Source: a virus. From it: a DNA stretch of 38,492 bases. Positions 24,880 through 31,381 of the stretch are shown here, piece after piece. The notes under the pieces are model-generated. The model was given only the letters and a program-made list of their open reading frames with translations, did no database searches and had not been told where the DNA came from. The position numbers and the translations under genes are program-made. Each line of letters starts with the position of its first letter. Positions within the stretch are counted from its first letter, which is position 1. The DNA lies in IMG/VR virus record IMGVR_UViG_3300022756_000003; one strand, given 5' to 3'.

Positions 24880-25208
24880 GGCAACAGCCACCAGGGGTGC
24901 TTCCCGCGGAGCGCGGCGCCGGCCGCCGGCTCCCCTCCCCTCCAGGCAGGACGATACGGGAAGTGCCGACGGATCTCGGCCATCCCCCCTGCCCCGAGGC
25001 CCCGCGTCGCCCTGAGGACCGCGTCCGGGGTCGTCGTGACCTCCGCCGCGCTGAAGTACCCCCCACGGGCGAGGGTGTTCGCCGTCCGCGCGCTCAGCCG
25101 CTCCAGCAGCACGCGCTCGACCGGAGGCCACGCCCAGTGCCCCCCGCCTCCGTCGAACGCGCCATGGACCCACCGCGCATGCCGGTCGGCAGGTAACGCC
25201 CCGGCCAC
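24876..25208 (-). CDS. Small protein with RNA polymerase alpha-subunit C-terminal-domain-like helix-hairpin-helix
   Basis: 110 aa from GTG 25208, 2 nt after the upstream stop. LLERLSARTANTLARGGYFSAAEVTTTPDAVLRATRGLGAGGMAEIRRHF aligns by eye with alpha-CTD [11 protein letters not shown]…IGDL……LLK.PNLGKKSL.EIK..L. Confidence 0.65.
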   Translation of the reverse strand: MAGALPADRHARWVHGAFDGGGGHWAWPPVERVLLERLSARTANTLARGGYFSAAEVTTTPDAVLRATRGLGAGGMAEIRRHFPYRPAWRGGEPAAGAALRGKHPWWLLP

Positions 25209-25209
25209 G

Positions 25210-25497
25210 CTAGTGCCCGCCCTCGTCGGCCCCCTGCTCAGCGTCCAGCGTCCCCAAGCACCAGCCGTCGGCATACCCGGCGCAGTAGTCGCAGACGAAG
25301 CGCGCCCCCTCCGGGAACCGCTCGCGCCACTCCAGGGCGGTGCCCCGCTCCCAGGGGGGCACATCCGCCCGCCAGGTGCACGCTGCGAGATCGCGGTCAT
25401 CGCCGGGGAAGCCGGGGCGGACGACGTGCCAGAGCGCCACGCGGGCGCCGTTCAGCGCCCGCCGCCGCGCCCAGCGAGGGGCGGCCTGGCTACCCAT
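25210..25497 (-). CDS. Hypothetical protein (95 aa)
   Basis: ATG 25497 overlaps the upstream gene by 8 nt. High GC3. Trp- and Cys-containing (…FVCDYCAGYADGWCLG…). Confidence 0.7.
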   Translation of the reverse strand: MGSQAAPRWARRRALNGARVALWHVVRPGFPGDDRDLAACTWRADVPPWERGTALEWRERFPEGARFVCDYCAGYADGWCLGTLDAEQGADEGGH

Positions 25498-25840
25498 CGT
25501 CGGCCCCCAGCAGGGCGCGGGTGAGGCGCTCGACGTCGGCCTCCTCGACGTGGGCGCGGAGCAGCTCCCGGTGGGTCACCTGGGCGTCGACGGTGATGTC
25601 CGCCTCGAGCACGGCGACGGCCTTGCCGAACCCGCGGTCGGCCAGCCACTGCGCGGCGGCCATGCGCAGGGCGGTGGGCTGCTTGGGGTGGCGCAGGACG
25701 TTCAGCATGTACGCCACCAGCTCGGCGCCCTCTCGGGTCTCCTCCCGCACCAGCGCGGCCAGGCCCTTGGGGCGACCCCCGGGGTTGGGCGACGGCCGGC
25801 CGGGGAGGAAGCGACCTGATGGCCCCCTGTTCTCAGGCAT
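25490..25840 (-). CDS. DUF5681-like protein (possible small terminase / DNA-binding protein)
   Basis: 116 aa from ATG 25840. N-terminal GRFLPGRPSPNPGGRPKG matches the G.F.PG.SGNP.GRPKG signature common in phage proteins near packaging genes. The terS assignment is speculative. Confidence 0.7.
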   Translation of the reverse strand: MPENRGPSGRFLPGRPSPNPGGRPKGLAALVREETREGAELVAYMLNVLRHPKQPTALRMAAAQWLADRGFGKAVAVLEADITVDAQVTHRELLRAHVEEADVERLTRALLGADDG

Positions 25841-26267
25841 CACCGACCAACCCCTCGCGCAGGAACGTCCGCAGCCGCCCCAAGCACGGCAGGTCCTCCC
25901 GTGGCCCAAACTGCAGCAGCTCGGCCACGTCCTGCCGGTCGGAGGGCCAGACGAGGTAGGCCTCGTTGCCGGCCTCGAGGAGGTCGAGGAGCCAGCCGTC
26001 CTGCCCGTCCCGCCAGCGCCCGTTCACCTTGCGGCGGCGGGTGGGCCACTTCCCCTCCCGCTTCAGCTCCATCCAGACGGTGCGCCCCTGGCCCGGGTGC
26101 AGCAGCGTCAGGTCGGGGTAGCCGCTGTCCGACCCGATACTGTACTTCTCGTGGTGGACGCGCCAGCCCAGCAAGCGGGCCGTCCGGCGGACGAACGCCT
26201 GCAGGTCGGCCTCGCTTACCTGCGCGAGCAACCAGGTGGCGGGGTCGGCGGGCGCGGCGGCGGTCAC
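25833..26267 (-). CDS. VRR-NUC domain nuclease (PD-(D/E)xK)
   Basis: 144 aa, GTG 26267 (GTGA overlap). EADLQAFVRRTARLLGWRVHH…SGYPDLTLL…VWMELKREGK…GQDGWLLDLLEAGNEAYLVW matches the VRR-NUC pattern. Confidence 0.85.
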   Translation of the reverse strand: MTAAAPADPATWLLAQVSEADLQAFVRRTARLLGWRVHHEKYSIGSDSGYPDLTLLHPGQGRTVWMELKREGKWPTRRRKVNGRWRDGQDGWLLDLLEAGNEAYLVWPSDRQDVAELLQFGPREDLPCLGRLRTFLREGLVGDA

Positions 26268-26512
26268 GCGGCCACCTCCCCCTCCTCGGGCAGCAGGGGC
26301 AGCTGGTACGCGGGTTGGGCTTCGACGGCGAGCAGCAACCTGACCACGGCGTCACCGCTCAGCGTACACCGTTCCGTGCACCGGAGGGGCTCGTCCACCC
26401 AGACGCTGCGGCGCCAGAAGGGGCCGTCGCGCCACTCCCGCTCGTGGACGACCACGCCGCTGAGGAGGCAGCGGGGGCAGCGCACGGAGCGGCCGGGAAG
26501 CAGCAGCGTCAT
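26264..26512 (-). CDS. Hypothetical small Cys-containing protein (82 aa)
   Basis: ATG 26512 (ATGA overlap with the upstream stop). MTLLLPGRSVRCPRCLL…LRCTERCTL…. Translationally coupled within the operon. Confidence 0.65.
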   Translation of the reverse strand: MTLLLPGRSVRCPRCLLSGVVVHEREWRDGPFWRRSVWVDEPLRCTERCTLSGDAVVRLLLAVEAQPAYQLPLLPEEGEVAA

Positions 26513-26766
26513 CGCCGCTCCCGCTTGGGGCGCGTCCCGCGGCCCGACCACGCGCGGCCCATCGGGCGGGTCTGCCGCCGGGAGCCCTCGGCGTGCAGGA
26601 GCCCCGTGATGAGGGCGAGGTAGTGCCGCTCGCACAAGCGGTAGGTGAACCCGTAGGGGTCGACGTACAGGCGCAGGTTGGTGGGCAGGGGGTGGTGGTT
26701 GTCGATGCGCCCCAGCTCGCAGCAGGCGTCCGGGGCGTGTTCGGCGTGCACGTCCCCGGTGGGCAT
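26509..26766 (-). CDS. Hypothetical protein (85 aa)
   Basis: ATG 26766 (ATGA overlap). MPTGDVHAEHAPDACCELGRIDNHHPLPTNLRLYVDPYGFTYRLCERHYL…. The remainder of track ORF 26509..27150 is shadow. Confidence 0.65.
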   Translation of the reverse strand: MPTGDVHAEHAPDACCELGRIDNHHPLPTNLRLYVDPYGFTYRLCERHYLALITGLLHAEGSRRQTRPMGRAWSGRGTRPKRERR

Positions 26767-27155
26767 CAGCACCACTGCCAATGGCGGAGTCCGCCCGTCC
26801 AGGGGTGCGCGATGGTGAAGGCCGCCACGTGCGCCGCCGCCCACGGGTCGTACGGCGAGGCGCCCTCGTAGCCCGCCCAGCGGGAGAGCGTCCGCCAGGT
26901 CGACGGGAGGTACTGCATCAGCCCGGCCGCCCCGCTGCTCCGGTTGGTCGCCCACGGCTGGTAGCGGCTCTCCCGGTAGGCGATGCGGTAGAGGCACCCG
27001 ACGCTCACCCCCTGCTCGGCGGCGGCGTGCTCGAGGGCGTAAACCACCTCCTCGGACTGGGCGTTGCCGTCGCTGCAGCTCAGCATCACGTAGCTGGCGA
27101 GCACGCAGCCCGCGGCGAAGCCCCACAGCCAGTTGGTCCAGGCGCGCCACCTCAT
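26766..27155 (-). CDS. Lytic transglycosylase (SLT domain) with N-terminal signal/anchor
   Basis: 129 aa. Hydrophobic N-terminus WTNWLWGFAAGCVLASYVMLSC, then the SLT motifs AYRESRYQPWATNRSSGAAGLMQYLPSTW. Confidence 0.9.
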   Translation of the reverse strand: MRWRAWTNWLWGFAAGCVLASYVMLSCSDGNAQSEEVVYALEHAAAEQGVSVGCLYRIAYRESRYQPWATNRSSGAAGLMQYLPSTWRTLSRWAGYEGASPYDPWAAAHVAAFTIAHPWTGGLRHWQWC

Positions 27156-27583
27156 GCGCTCACCTCCTCGTCGTCGTCGTCCGCTGCGGGCGCGAGCAGG
27201 ACGTCGTGCGCCCAGCGGGCCAGGTAGGGGTGCGGGAGGTTCCGGCCCCGCTCGGCCTCGGCGACGGTCGAGCGGGACAGCCCCAGCGCCGCGGCCAGGT
27301 CGCGCTGGGAGAGCTTCGCCTTCCGCCGCGCTCGGAGGAGCAGGTCGGTGCTCACCCGCGGGGGCGGGGGCTCCCCGGGCCGGTGGCCGGGGCGCAGCTC
27401 GGCCGCCACCCGGCGGGCGTTGTCCGCCAGCAGCCCTTCCTTGAGGGCCTGCGCCCGCACCTTGAAGTCGTAGGCCTGGCGCTGCACGGCCGCCGCCTGC
27501 CGGTGCAGCTCGGTCAGGTCGGCCACCGTCTCGACGCGCACGATGCGCAGCCCGTCCGGCTCCCGCTGCCAGCGGATGGTCAT
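27152..27583 (-). CDS. XRE-family HTH protein (143 aa)
   Basis: ATG 27583 (ATGA overlap). C-terminal LLLRARRKAKLSQRDLAAALGLSRSTVAEAERGRNLP, then an acidic tail DDDDEE. Confidence 0.8.
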   Translation of the reverse strand: MTIRWQREPDGLRIVRVETVADLTELHRQAAAVQRQAYDFKVRAQALKEGLLADNARRVAAELRPGHRPGEPPPPRVSTDLLLRARRKAKLSQRDLAAALGLSRSTVAEAERGRNLPHPYLARWAHDVLLAPAADDDDEEVSA

Positions 27584-28005
27584 GGGGTCACCCCCGCGGC
27601 GATGCTGTAGCGGTAGGGTTTCGCCGCCGTTCGGGTGACCCGCCCCGTGCGGCACAGGATGGTCAGGCGGGCGGAGACGGTCCCCTGGATGATCCCCGTC
27701 GCTGCCGCGATGTCGTAGGAGGTGCAGCGGGGGTGCGCCGCGATGGCGGTCTCGATGCGCTCCACCAACAACCGCGGCCGGCGGGCGAGGGCCTCGGCCA
27801 GGTCGCGCTCCTGGCGCGCCCGGTTCGCCGCGCGCCGCGCCAGCAGGGGGGCCACGTTGTACGTCCGCTTCGGCGGCGCCGCGGCGGGCGGGGGCGCCGC
27901 CCGCGGGACGTCGCGCTCCCGGGGCGGCGAGGCGACGGGGTCGAACGCGACGACGGTGCCGGCTTCCTCGACGGTGACGCGGTGCCCTACAATCGGTTCG
28001 GTCAT
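27580..28005 (-). CDS. Winged-helix-like DNA-binding protein (141 aa)
   Basis: ATG 28005 after AGGAGG. C-terminal CTSYDIAAATGIIQGTVSARLTILCRTGRVTR resembles a MarR/wHTH recognition segment. Confidence 0.7.
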   Translation of the reverse strand: MTEPIVGHRVTVEEAGTVVAFDPVASPPRERDVPRAAPPPAAAPPKRTYNVAPLLARRAANRARQERDLAEALARRPRLLVERIETAIAAHPRCTSYDIAAATGIIQGTVSARLTILCRTGRVTRTAAKPYRYSIAAGVTP

Positions 28006-28028
28006 CGGTGCCTCCTGCGCGTGATCGG

Positions 28029-28056
28029 GCCGCCGCCGGTGCCCGCCGGCGGCGGC
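28029..28056 (-). promoter_or_regulatory. 11-bp GC hairpin in a 64-nt intergenic gap of the early operon
   Basis: GCCGCCGCCGG-tgcccg-CCGGCGGCGGC, between stop 28070 and the RBS of gene 27580..28005. No U-tract. Possibly an attenuator or processing site. Confidence 0.35.
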
Positions 28057-28069
28057 GCCGTCTGGGGGC

Positions 28070-28315
28070 TCATTCCCCGGCGTCCCGCCGGGCGCGCCCG
28101 TACATCCCCTCAAGCACCTGCTTCGCGGTGTCCTCCCCGGCCGAGGCGAGGATCAGCTTCTCGTCCCCGCCCTGCAGGCGGTTCTCCCGCCAGAGCCGGA
28201 CGCGCCAGATCCGGCCGTCCGCGCCGAGGCTCTTGTAGACGTCCCCGACCGCGATGCCGCCGGCGAAGAGGGTCGGCCGGCCGTACACCTGGTGCCACTC
28301 CATCGCGTCGCTCAT
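28070..28315 (-). CDS. Hypothetical protein (81 aa)
   Basis: ATG 28315 (ATGA overlap). MSDAMEWHQVYGRPTLFAGGIAVGDVYKSLGADGRIWRVRLWRENRL…. Confidence 0.7.
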   Translation of the reverse strand: MSDAMEWHQVYGRPTLFAGGIAVGDVYKSLGADGRIWRVRLWRENRLQGGDEKLILASAGEDTAKQVLEGMYGRARRDAGE

Positions 28316-28725
28316 CACCGCTTCCTCCGTGCCCGCAGCTTCTCCGGCAGGGAGAGCCGGGCCTTGAGCTTGGCCGCCTCCACCTTGTCCTCCGCCGCCC
28401 GCCGCTCGTCGTCCGTGGGCGGCGCCGGCGGGGGCAGCCGGCGGTGCCGGCTGCGCGCCTCCCGCTCCAGCTCGTCCGCCGCCGCCTGGCAGTAATCGAG
28501 GAAGACGGCCGAGGGGGGCAGGAACGGCCCGGGGTGCTTCCAGCGCACCTCGTGCACCGCCCGCCGGAACACGTCCTCCGTCACCCAGGCATGGGCCTCG
28601 ATCAGCTCGCGCCAGGCCGTCTGCCGGGCGGCGATGGCCGTCTTGTCCGCGAAGGACGCCGGGAACTCCAGCGACAGCTTGCCCACCGCCCAGAGCAGGA
28701 GCTGCTGCCCCGTCAGCGTCGCCAT
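28315..28725 (-). CDS. G39P-like helicase-loader candidate (136 aa)
   Basis: ATG 28725 after GGAGGTG. MATLTGQQLLLWAVGKLSLEFPASF…AWRELIEAHAWVTEDVFRRAVHEV…PFLPPSAVFLDYC resembles the SPP1 G39P-type loader N-domain pattern (…AYPNF…W…L.D…v..A……kfPPs.aei). Basic/acidic helical tail. Confidence 0.7.
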   Translation of the reverse strand: MATLTGQQLLLWAVGKLSLEFPASFADKTAIAARQTAWRELIEAHAWVTEDVFRRAVHEVRWKHPGPFLPPSAVFLDYCQAAADELEREARSRHRRLPPPAPPTDDERRAAEDKVEAAKLKARLSLPEKLRARRKR

Positions 28726-29366
28726 GTGGAGGGCACCTCCGGGGGATGCTCGAGCGAGTACTCCAGGACGCGCCCGACCGCGCTGCGCACGCCGCCCTCC
28801 AGCAGCGGGTGCTTCGCCGGCTGAGGCGCACCGGCCGCGGCGTCCCGCTCCCGCTTGCGCACCCAGTTGCCGACGAAGGCGCTGCTGCACGGGCGCGCGC
28901 CGTTCTCCGGCCGCAGCAGCCAGTCCGCCGCCTCCAGCACCGCCGCGTGGAAGGCGCCGACGGAGACGTGGGGGCACTCCGAACGCAACACCTCAAGGTA
29001 GCGCCGACTGGGCGTCTTCCCGCGGACGGCGAACGGCGCCACCACCTCGAGCAGCTCCGCCAGCACGTCTTCGGGCTCCCCGGGTTCCCCCGCACCCCCT
29101 CCCACTGTCGTAGACAGTGGGTAACTCTCTTCTCTCTTCGAAGAAGAGAGTTCCGGGCTGCGGGCGTCCGCGTGCTCGTGCGTGCGTGCGGGAAGTGGTC
29201 GGGGGTTAGCTAACACGGTTGCGTTAGCTAACACCGGTTGGCTAACGGGTGAGCTAACGGCTTTCCGTTCGGCCCGGAGCCGGGCCATCGCCAACCGCGA
29301 CTGCTCCCGCCGCCGCTCTGTCCGTGCAAGGGCGTCCTCCGGCGTGAGGTGCTGCTTCGCCGGCAT
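28713..29366 (-). CDS. Replication organiser/initiator candidate (DnaD-like C-terminus) containing the putative origin
   Basis: 217 aa from ATG 29366. C-terminal …YLEVLRSECPHVSVGAFHAAVLEAADWLL…AFVGNWVRKRERD resembles DnaD/replisome-organiser ends (…ilrnW.k.g). The low-complexity middle is encoded by the iteron and palindrome cluster. Confidence 0.75.
   Translation of the reverse strand: MPAKQHLTPEDALARTERRREQSRLAMARLRAERKAVSSPVSQPVLANATVLANPRPLPARTHEHADARSPELSSSKREESYPLSTTVGGGAGEPGEPEDVLAELLEVVAPFAVRGKTPSRRYLEVLRSECPHVSVGAFHAAVLEAADWLLRPENGARPCSSAFVGNWVRKRERDAAAGAPQPAKHPLLEGGVRSAVGRVLEYSLEHPPEVPSTWRR
29101..29258. repeat. Putative origin of replication: two hairpin-forming palindromes plus four iterons
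   Basis: CCCACTGTC-gta-GACAGTGGG (29101..29121). AACTCTCTTC…GAAGAGAGTT with inner palindrome TCTTCGAAGA (29123..29152). A (CGTG)n run at ~29170..29191. Perfect 10-bp palindrome GTTAGCTAAC at 29205 and 29223, with variants GTTGGCTAAC (29237) and GTGAGCTAAC (29249). This is the lowest-GC patch of the early region. Confidence 0.55.
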
Positions 29367-29512
29367 CAGCGCCAGCGCCCCAGGTCGTCGCGCTCCTCGG
29401 TCGGCAGGTCCTGGCCGGCCGCGAGGACGACCCCGATGAGCCCGATCACGATGACGCCGCACGCGACGGCAGCGGCCACCACGATCCAGAAGACGACGCC
29501 GCTCACGTTCAC
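29366..29512 (-). CDS. Single-TM micro-protein (48 aa, not in the ORF track)
   Basis: GTG 29512 (GTGA overlap), 8 nt after AGGAGGAGGA. VNVSGVVFWIVVAAAVACGVIVIGLIGVVLAAGQDLPTEERDDLGRWR. The stop overlaps the next ATG by 1 nt. Confidence 0.55.
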   Translation of the reverse strand: MNVSGVVFWIVVAAAVACGVIVIGLIGVVLAAGQDLPTEERDDLGRWR

Positions 29513-29679
29513 GGCGCGTCCTCCTCCTGGAGCGCCTCGACCATGCGCCGGGCGACGTGCTGCCAGTCGACCGGCAGTCCCCCCTGCCAGGTGGCGTCCC
29601 CGATGTGGTAGTGGTCGAGCGCGTCCTGGATGCGCCGCTGCGCCCGCTGGAACAGGAGGGCGAACACCGCAGCGTTCAT
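29509..29679 (-). CDS. Hypothetical protein (56 aa)
   Basis: ATG 29679 after GGGGAGG (ATGA overlap). MNAAVFALLFQRAQRRIQDALDHYHIGDATWQGGLPVDWQHVARRMVEALQEEDAP. Confidence 0.65.
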   Translation of the reverse strand: MNAAVFALLFQRAQRRIQDALDHYHIGDATWQGGLPVDWQHVARRMVEALQEEDAP

Positions 29680-30089
29680 GGCGCCTCCCCCTCGTCCGGG
29701 AGATCGCGCACCCACCGCCGGGCCGGGGCGCTGGCGCCGGTGGGCCAGGAGCTGACGAGCACCGCGCCGTCCGGGGCCGTGATGGGCGCCCGGCGCAGCA
29801 CCCGCTCCACCACGAACCAGCCGTTGAGCTGCCGGCCTCGCACCAGGAACCAGCCGTTGCGCATCTGCGCCGCCTTGCTCACGCCCAGGTCGCGCACCAG
29901 CACGTCGGCGGGGAAGGCCACCGTCCAGCCGCCCCCGCACCAGCCCCGGGCGCAGGGCACCTCCCCGCTCCCGGCGTCCCCGGGCTCGGCGACGACGCCC
30001 GAGGCGTCCAGGAACTCCACCACCAGCAGGCGGACGTCGGTCGGCGCGGTCGTGGGCGGCGCGTGGGCCGCGAGCAATGCAGTAGCCAT
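29676..30089 (-). CDS. Hypothetical early protein (137 aa) with tandem NGWF motif and C-terminal WVRDL
   Basis: ATG 30089 after GGGAGGGG. …MRNGWFLVRGRQLNGWFVVERV…APARRWVRDLPDEGEAP. Confidence 0.8.
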   Translation of the reverse strand: MATALLAAHAPPTTAPTDVRLLVVEFLDASGVVAEPGDAGSGEVPCARGWCGGGWTVAFPADVLVRDLGVSKAAQMRNGWFLVRGRQLNGWFVVERVLRRAPITAPDGAVLVSSWPTGASAPARRWVRDLPDEGEAP

Positions 30090-30178
30090 CCCCCACCCCT
30101 CCCTGGGTGTGTCGTGGTCGTTTCGTTCGGCAGGCAGGGCTCACCGGCACCGGCGGGTCACCGCCGGGGGCGAGCCGC

Positions 30179-30532
30179 TCAGTTCTCGGGCGGGCGGGCC
30201 TCCCGCGCCCGCCGCAGCTCCCGCCGGTCCTGCTCCGCGAGGAGCCGCAGCCAGAGCCCCTCCCACCGCGCGTCGTGGTCGAACAGCGCCACCATCCGGC
30301 GCCCCTGCTTGGGGGGCACCGGCACCAGCCCCCGTTTCCACTTCGACCAGGCGCCCGCATCGACGCCCAGCCACTGGGCGTACAGCGCGTCGGTCGGGAT
30401 CGCCATGCGCCGGCCCTCCCGCTCGTGCGCCGCCACCCAGGCCCGCAGCGCCGGTCTGTCCTCCAGGTCCGCCGCCGCCGTGCCCATCGCCACCGGGGGC
30501 CCCTCGCCCCGGACCGTTACCGCCATCGTCAT
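30179..30532 (-). CDS. Cro/YdaS-like HTH regulator
   Basis: 117 aa (ATG 30532; alternatives 30526 and 30487). MAIPTDALYAQWLGVDAGAWSKWKRGLVPVPPKQGRRMVALF fits the Cro/YdaS HTH pattern. Divergent from the CI-like gene. Confidence 0.75.
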   Translation of the reverse strand: MTMAVTVRGEGPPVAMGTAAADLEDRPALRAWVAAHEREGRRMAIPTDALYAQWLGVDAGAWSKWKRGLVPVPPKQGRRMVALFDHDARWEGLWLRLLAEQDRRELRRAREARPPEN

Positions 30533-30577
30533 GCGCGCTTCCCCCCCGCGCTCCGGGGCCCCGTCACCCCGGCCGTC

Positions 30578-30610
30578 GGCACAATCTTGAGCCGTTCTTG
30601 AGAATGTGCC
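30578..30610. promoter_or_regulatory. Operator-like element O1
   Basis: GGCACAATCTTGAG-ccgtt-CTTGAGAATGTGCC. Outer inverted arms GGCACA/TGTGCC, inner direct CTTGAG x2. It covers the predicted start region of the Cro-side transcript. Confidence 0.4.
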
Positions 30611-30613
30611 GGA

Positions 30614-30643
30614 ACGGTACAGCCGCCTTGCAGCGTGCGTCAA
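30614..30643 (-). promoter_or_regulatory. Candidate early (Cro-side) promoter TTGACG-N18-TACCGT
   Basis: Minus strand reads tcTTGACGCACgctgcaaggcggctgTACCGTtcc. It shares the 9-mer TTGACGCAC with the terL-side promoter. Confidence 0.4.
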
Positions 30644-30706
30644 GACCGTTTCGCCAGAGATAGCGCGCTTTTTTGTACCGCCGCCCGTTGCTGTTCTCTG
30701 GCCTGC

Positions 30707-30735
30707 TTGTATTTCAGCACAATTCGTGGTATGCC
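30707..30735 (+). promoter_or_regulatory. Candidate repressor promoter TTGTAT-N17-(TGg)TATGCC
   Basis: TTGTAT at 30707..30712. TATGCC at 30730..30735, preceded by an extended -10 TG. It lies 35 nt upstream of ATG 30770, with GGGAGAAGGG between. Confidence 0.4.
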
Positions 30736-30745
30736 AGAATGGCAC
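30716..30745. promoter_or_regulatory. Operator-like element O2
   Basis: AGCACAATTCgtggtatgcCAGAATGGCAC. It shares GCACAAT with O1 and with a third site at 33494, and overlaps the spacer and -10 of the repressor promoter. Confidence 0.35.
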
Positions 30746-30769
30746 GGGCGGGCCGGTGAGGGAGAAGGG

Positions 30770-31381
30770 ATGCTGCTCATGACCGAGACGGAGCGCACGC
30801 TGCCGGGGCCCGAGCCGCCGGCGGAGGAGGACGGCAACGGGCACGGGGACGGGGGCGAGGACGGGCCGTCGCCGTACGAGCGGGCGCAGCGGCGGCTGCG
30901 GGTGGACGGGGTGGTATTCGGCAAGGCGCTCACCCGGTTGCGGGAGGCGGAGGGCTGGTCGGTGCGGACGCTCTCCCGCAAGAGCGGGGTGCCGCTGACC
31001 ACGCTGGCCAAGCTCGAGCGGGGCGAGACGCCGAAGCCGGACGTGGAGGTGGCCTGCGCCCTGGCCCTCACGTTCGGCTACGGCAGTCCCGGGGCCATGC
31101 TGGGCGCCGGGTCCACCCGCGGCCCGGCGGGGCGCGGGGGCGGCCGGTACGCGGCCGACGTGCCGGCGGCCCTGACGCTGGAGCGGCTGGTGGAGAGCCT
31201 CCTGCGCGGGATCTGGGCCGCCAACGACGCCCGCCCCGGCGGGGCCCTCGTTACCGAAGCGCTACCGGAGGGGGAGCCCGGCGAGCGGGTGAGCGAGGCG
31301 CTCCGGCGGGTGCCCGGCCCGCCGGGGATGAACCTCTACGTCCCGCTCGTGGTGCTGGTCGAGCCCCGCACGGTGGGCTAA
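30770..31381 (+). CDS. CI-like repressor (XRE HTH)
   Basis: 203 aa from ATG 30770 (alternative 30779). FGKALTRLREAEGWSVRTLSRKSGVPLTTLAKLERGETPKP. Divergent from the Cro-like gene. No obvious S24 peptidase motif in the C-terminal half. Confidence 0.85.
   Translation: MLLMTETERTLPGPEPPAEEDGNGHGDGGEDGPSPYERAQRRLRVDGVVFGKALTRLREAEGWSVRTLSRKSGVPLTTLAKLERGETPKPDVEVACALALTFGYGSPGAMLGAGSTRGPAGRGGGRYAADVPAALTLERLVESLLRGIWAANDARPGGALVTEALPEGEPGERVSEALRRVPGPPGMNLYVPLVVLVEPRTVG

Noticed and set aside
29205-29258. Possible CRISPR-like or other repeat array
   Set aside because: There are only four 10-bp units at 12-18-nt spacing, inside a gene. There is no spacer-sized periodicity and no cas genes anywhere in the window. 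It is interpreted as iterons.
30150-30167. Hairpin CCGGCGG-gtca-CCGCCGG after the Cro-like gene as a terminator
   Set aside because: The stem is only 7 bp with no U-tract, and downstream genes clearly belong to the same operon. It is at most a weak attenuator.
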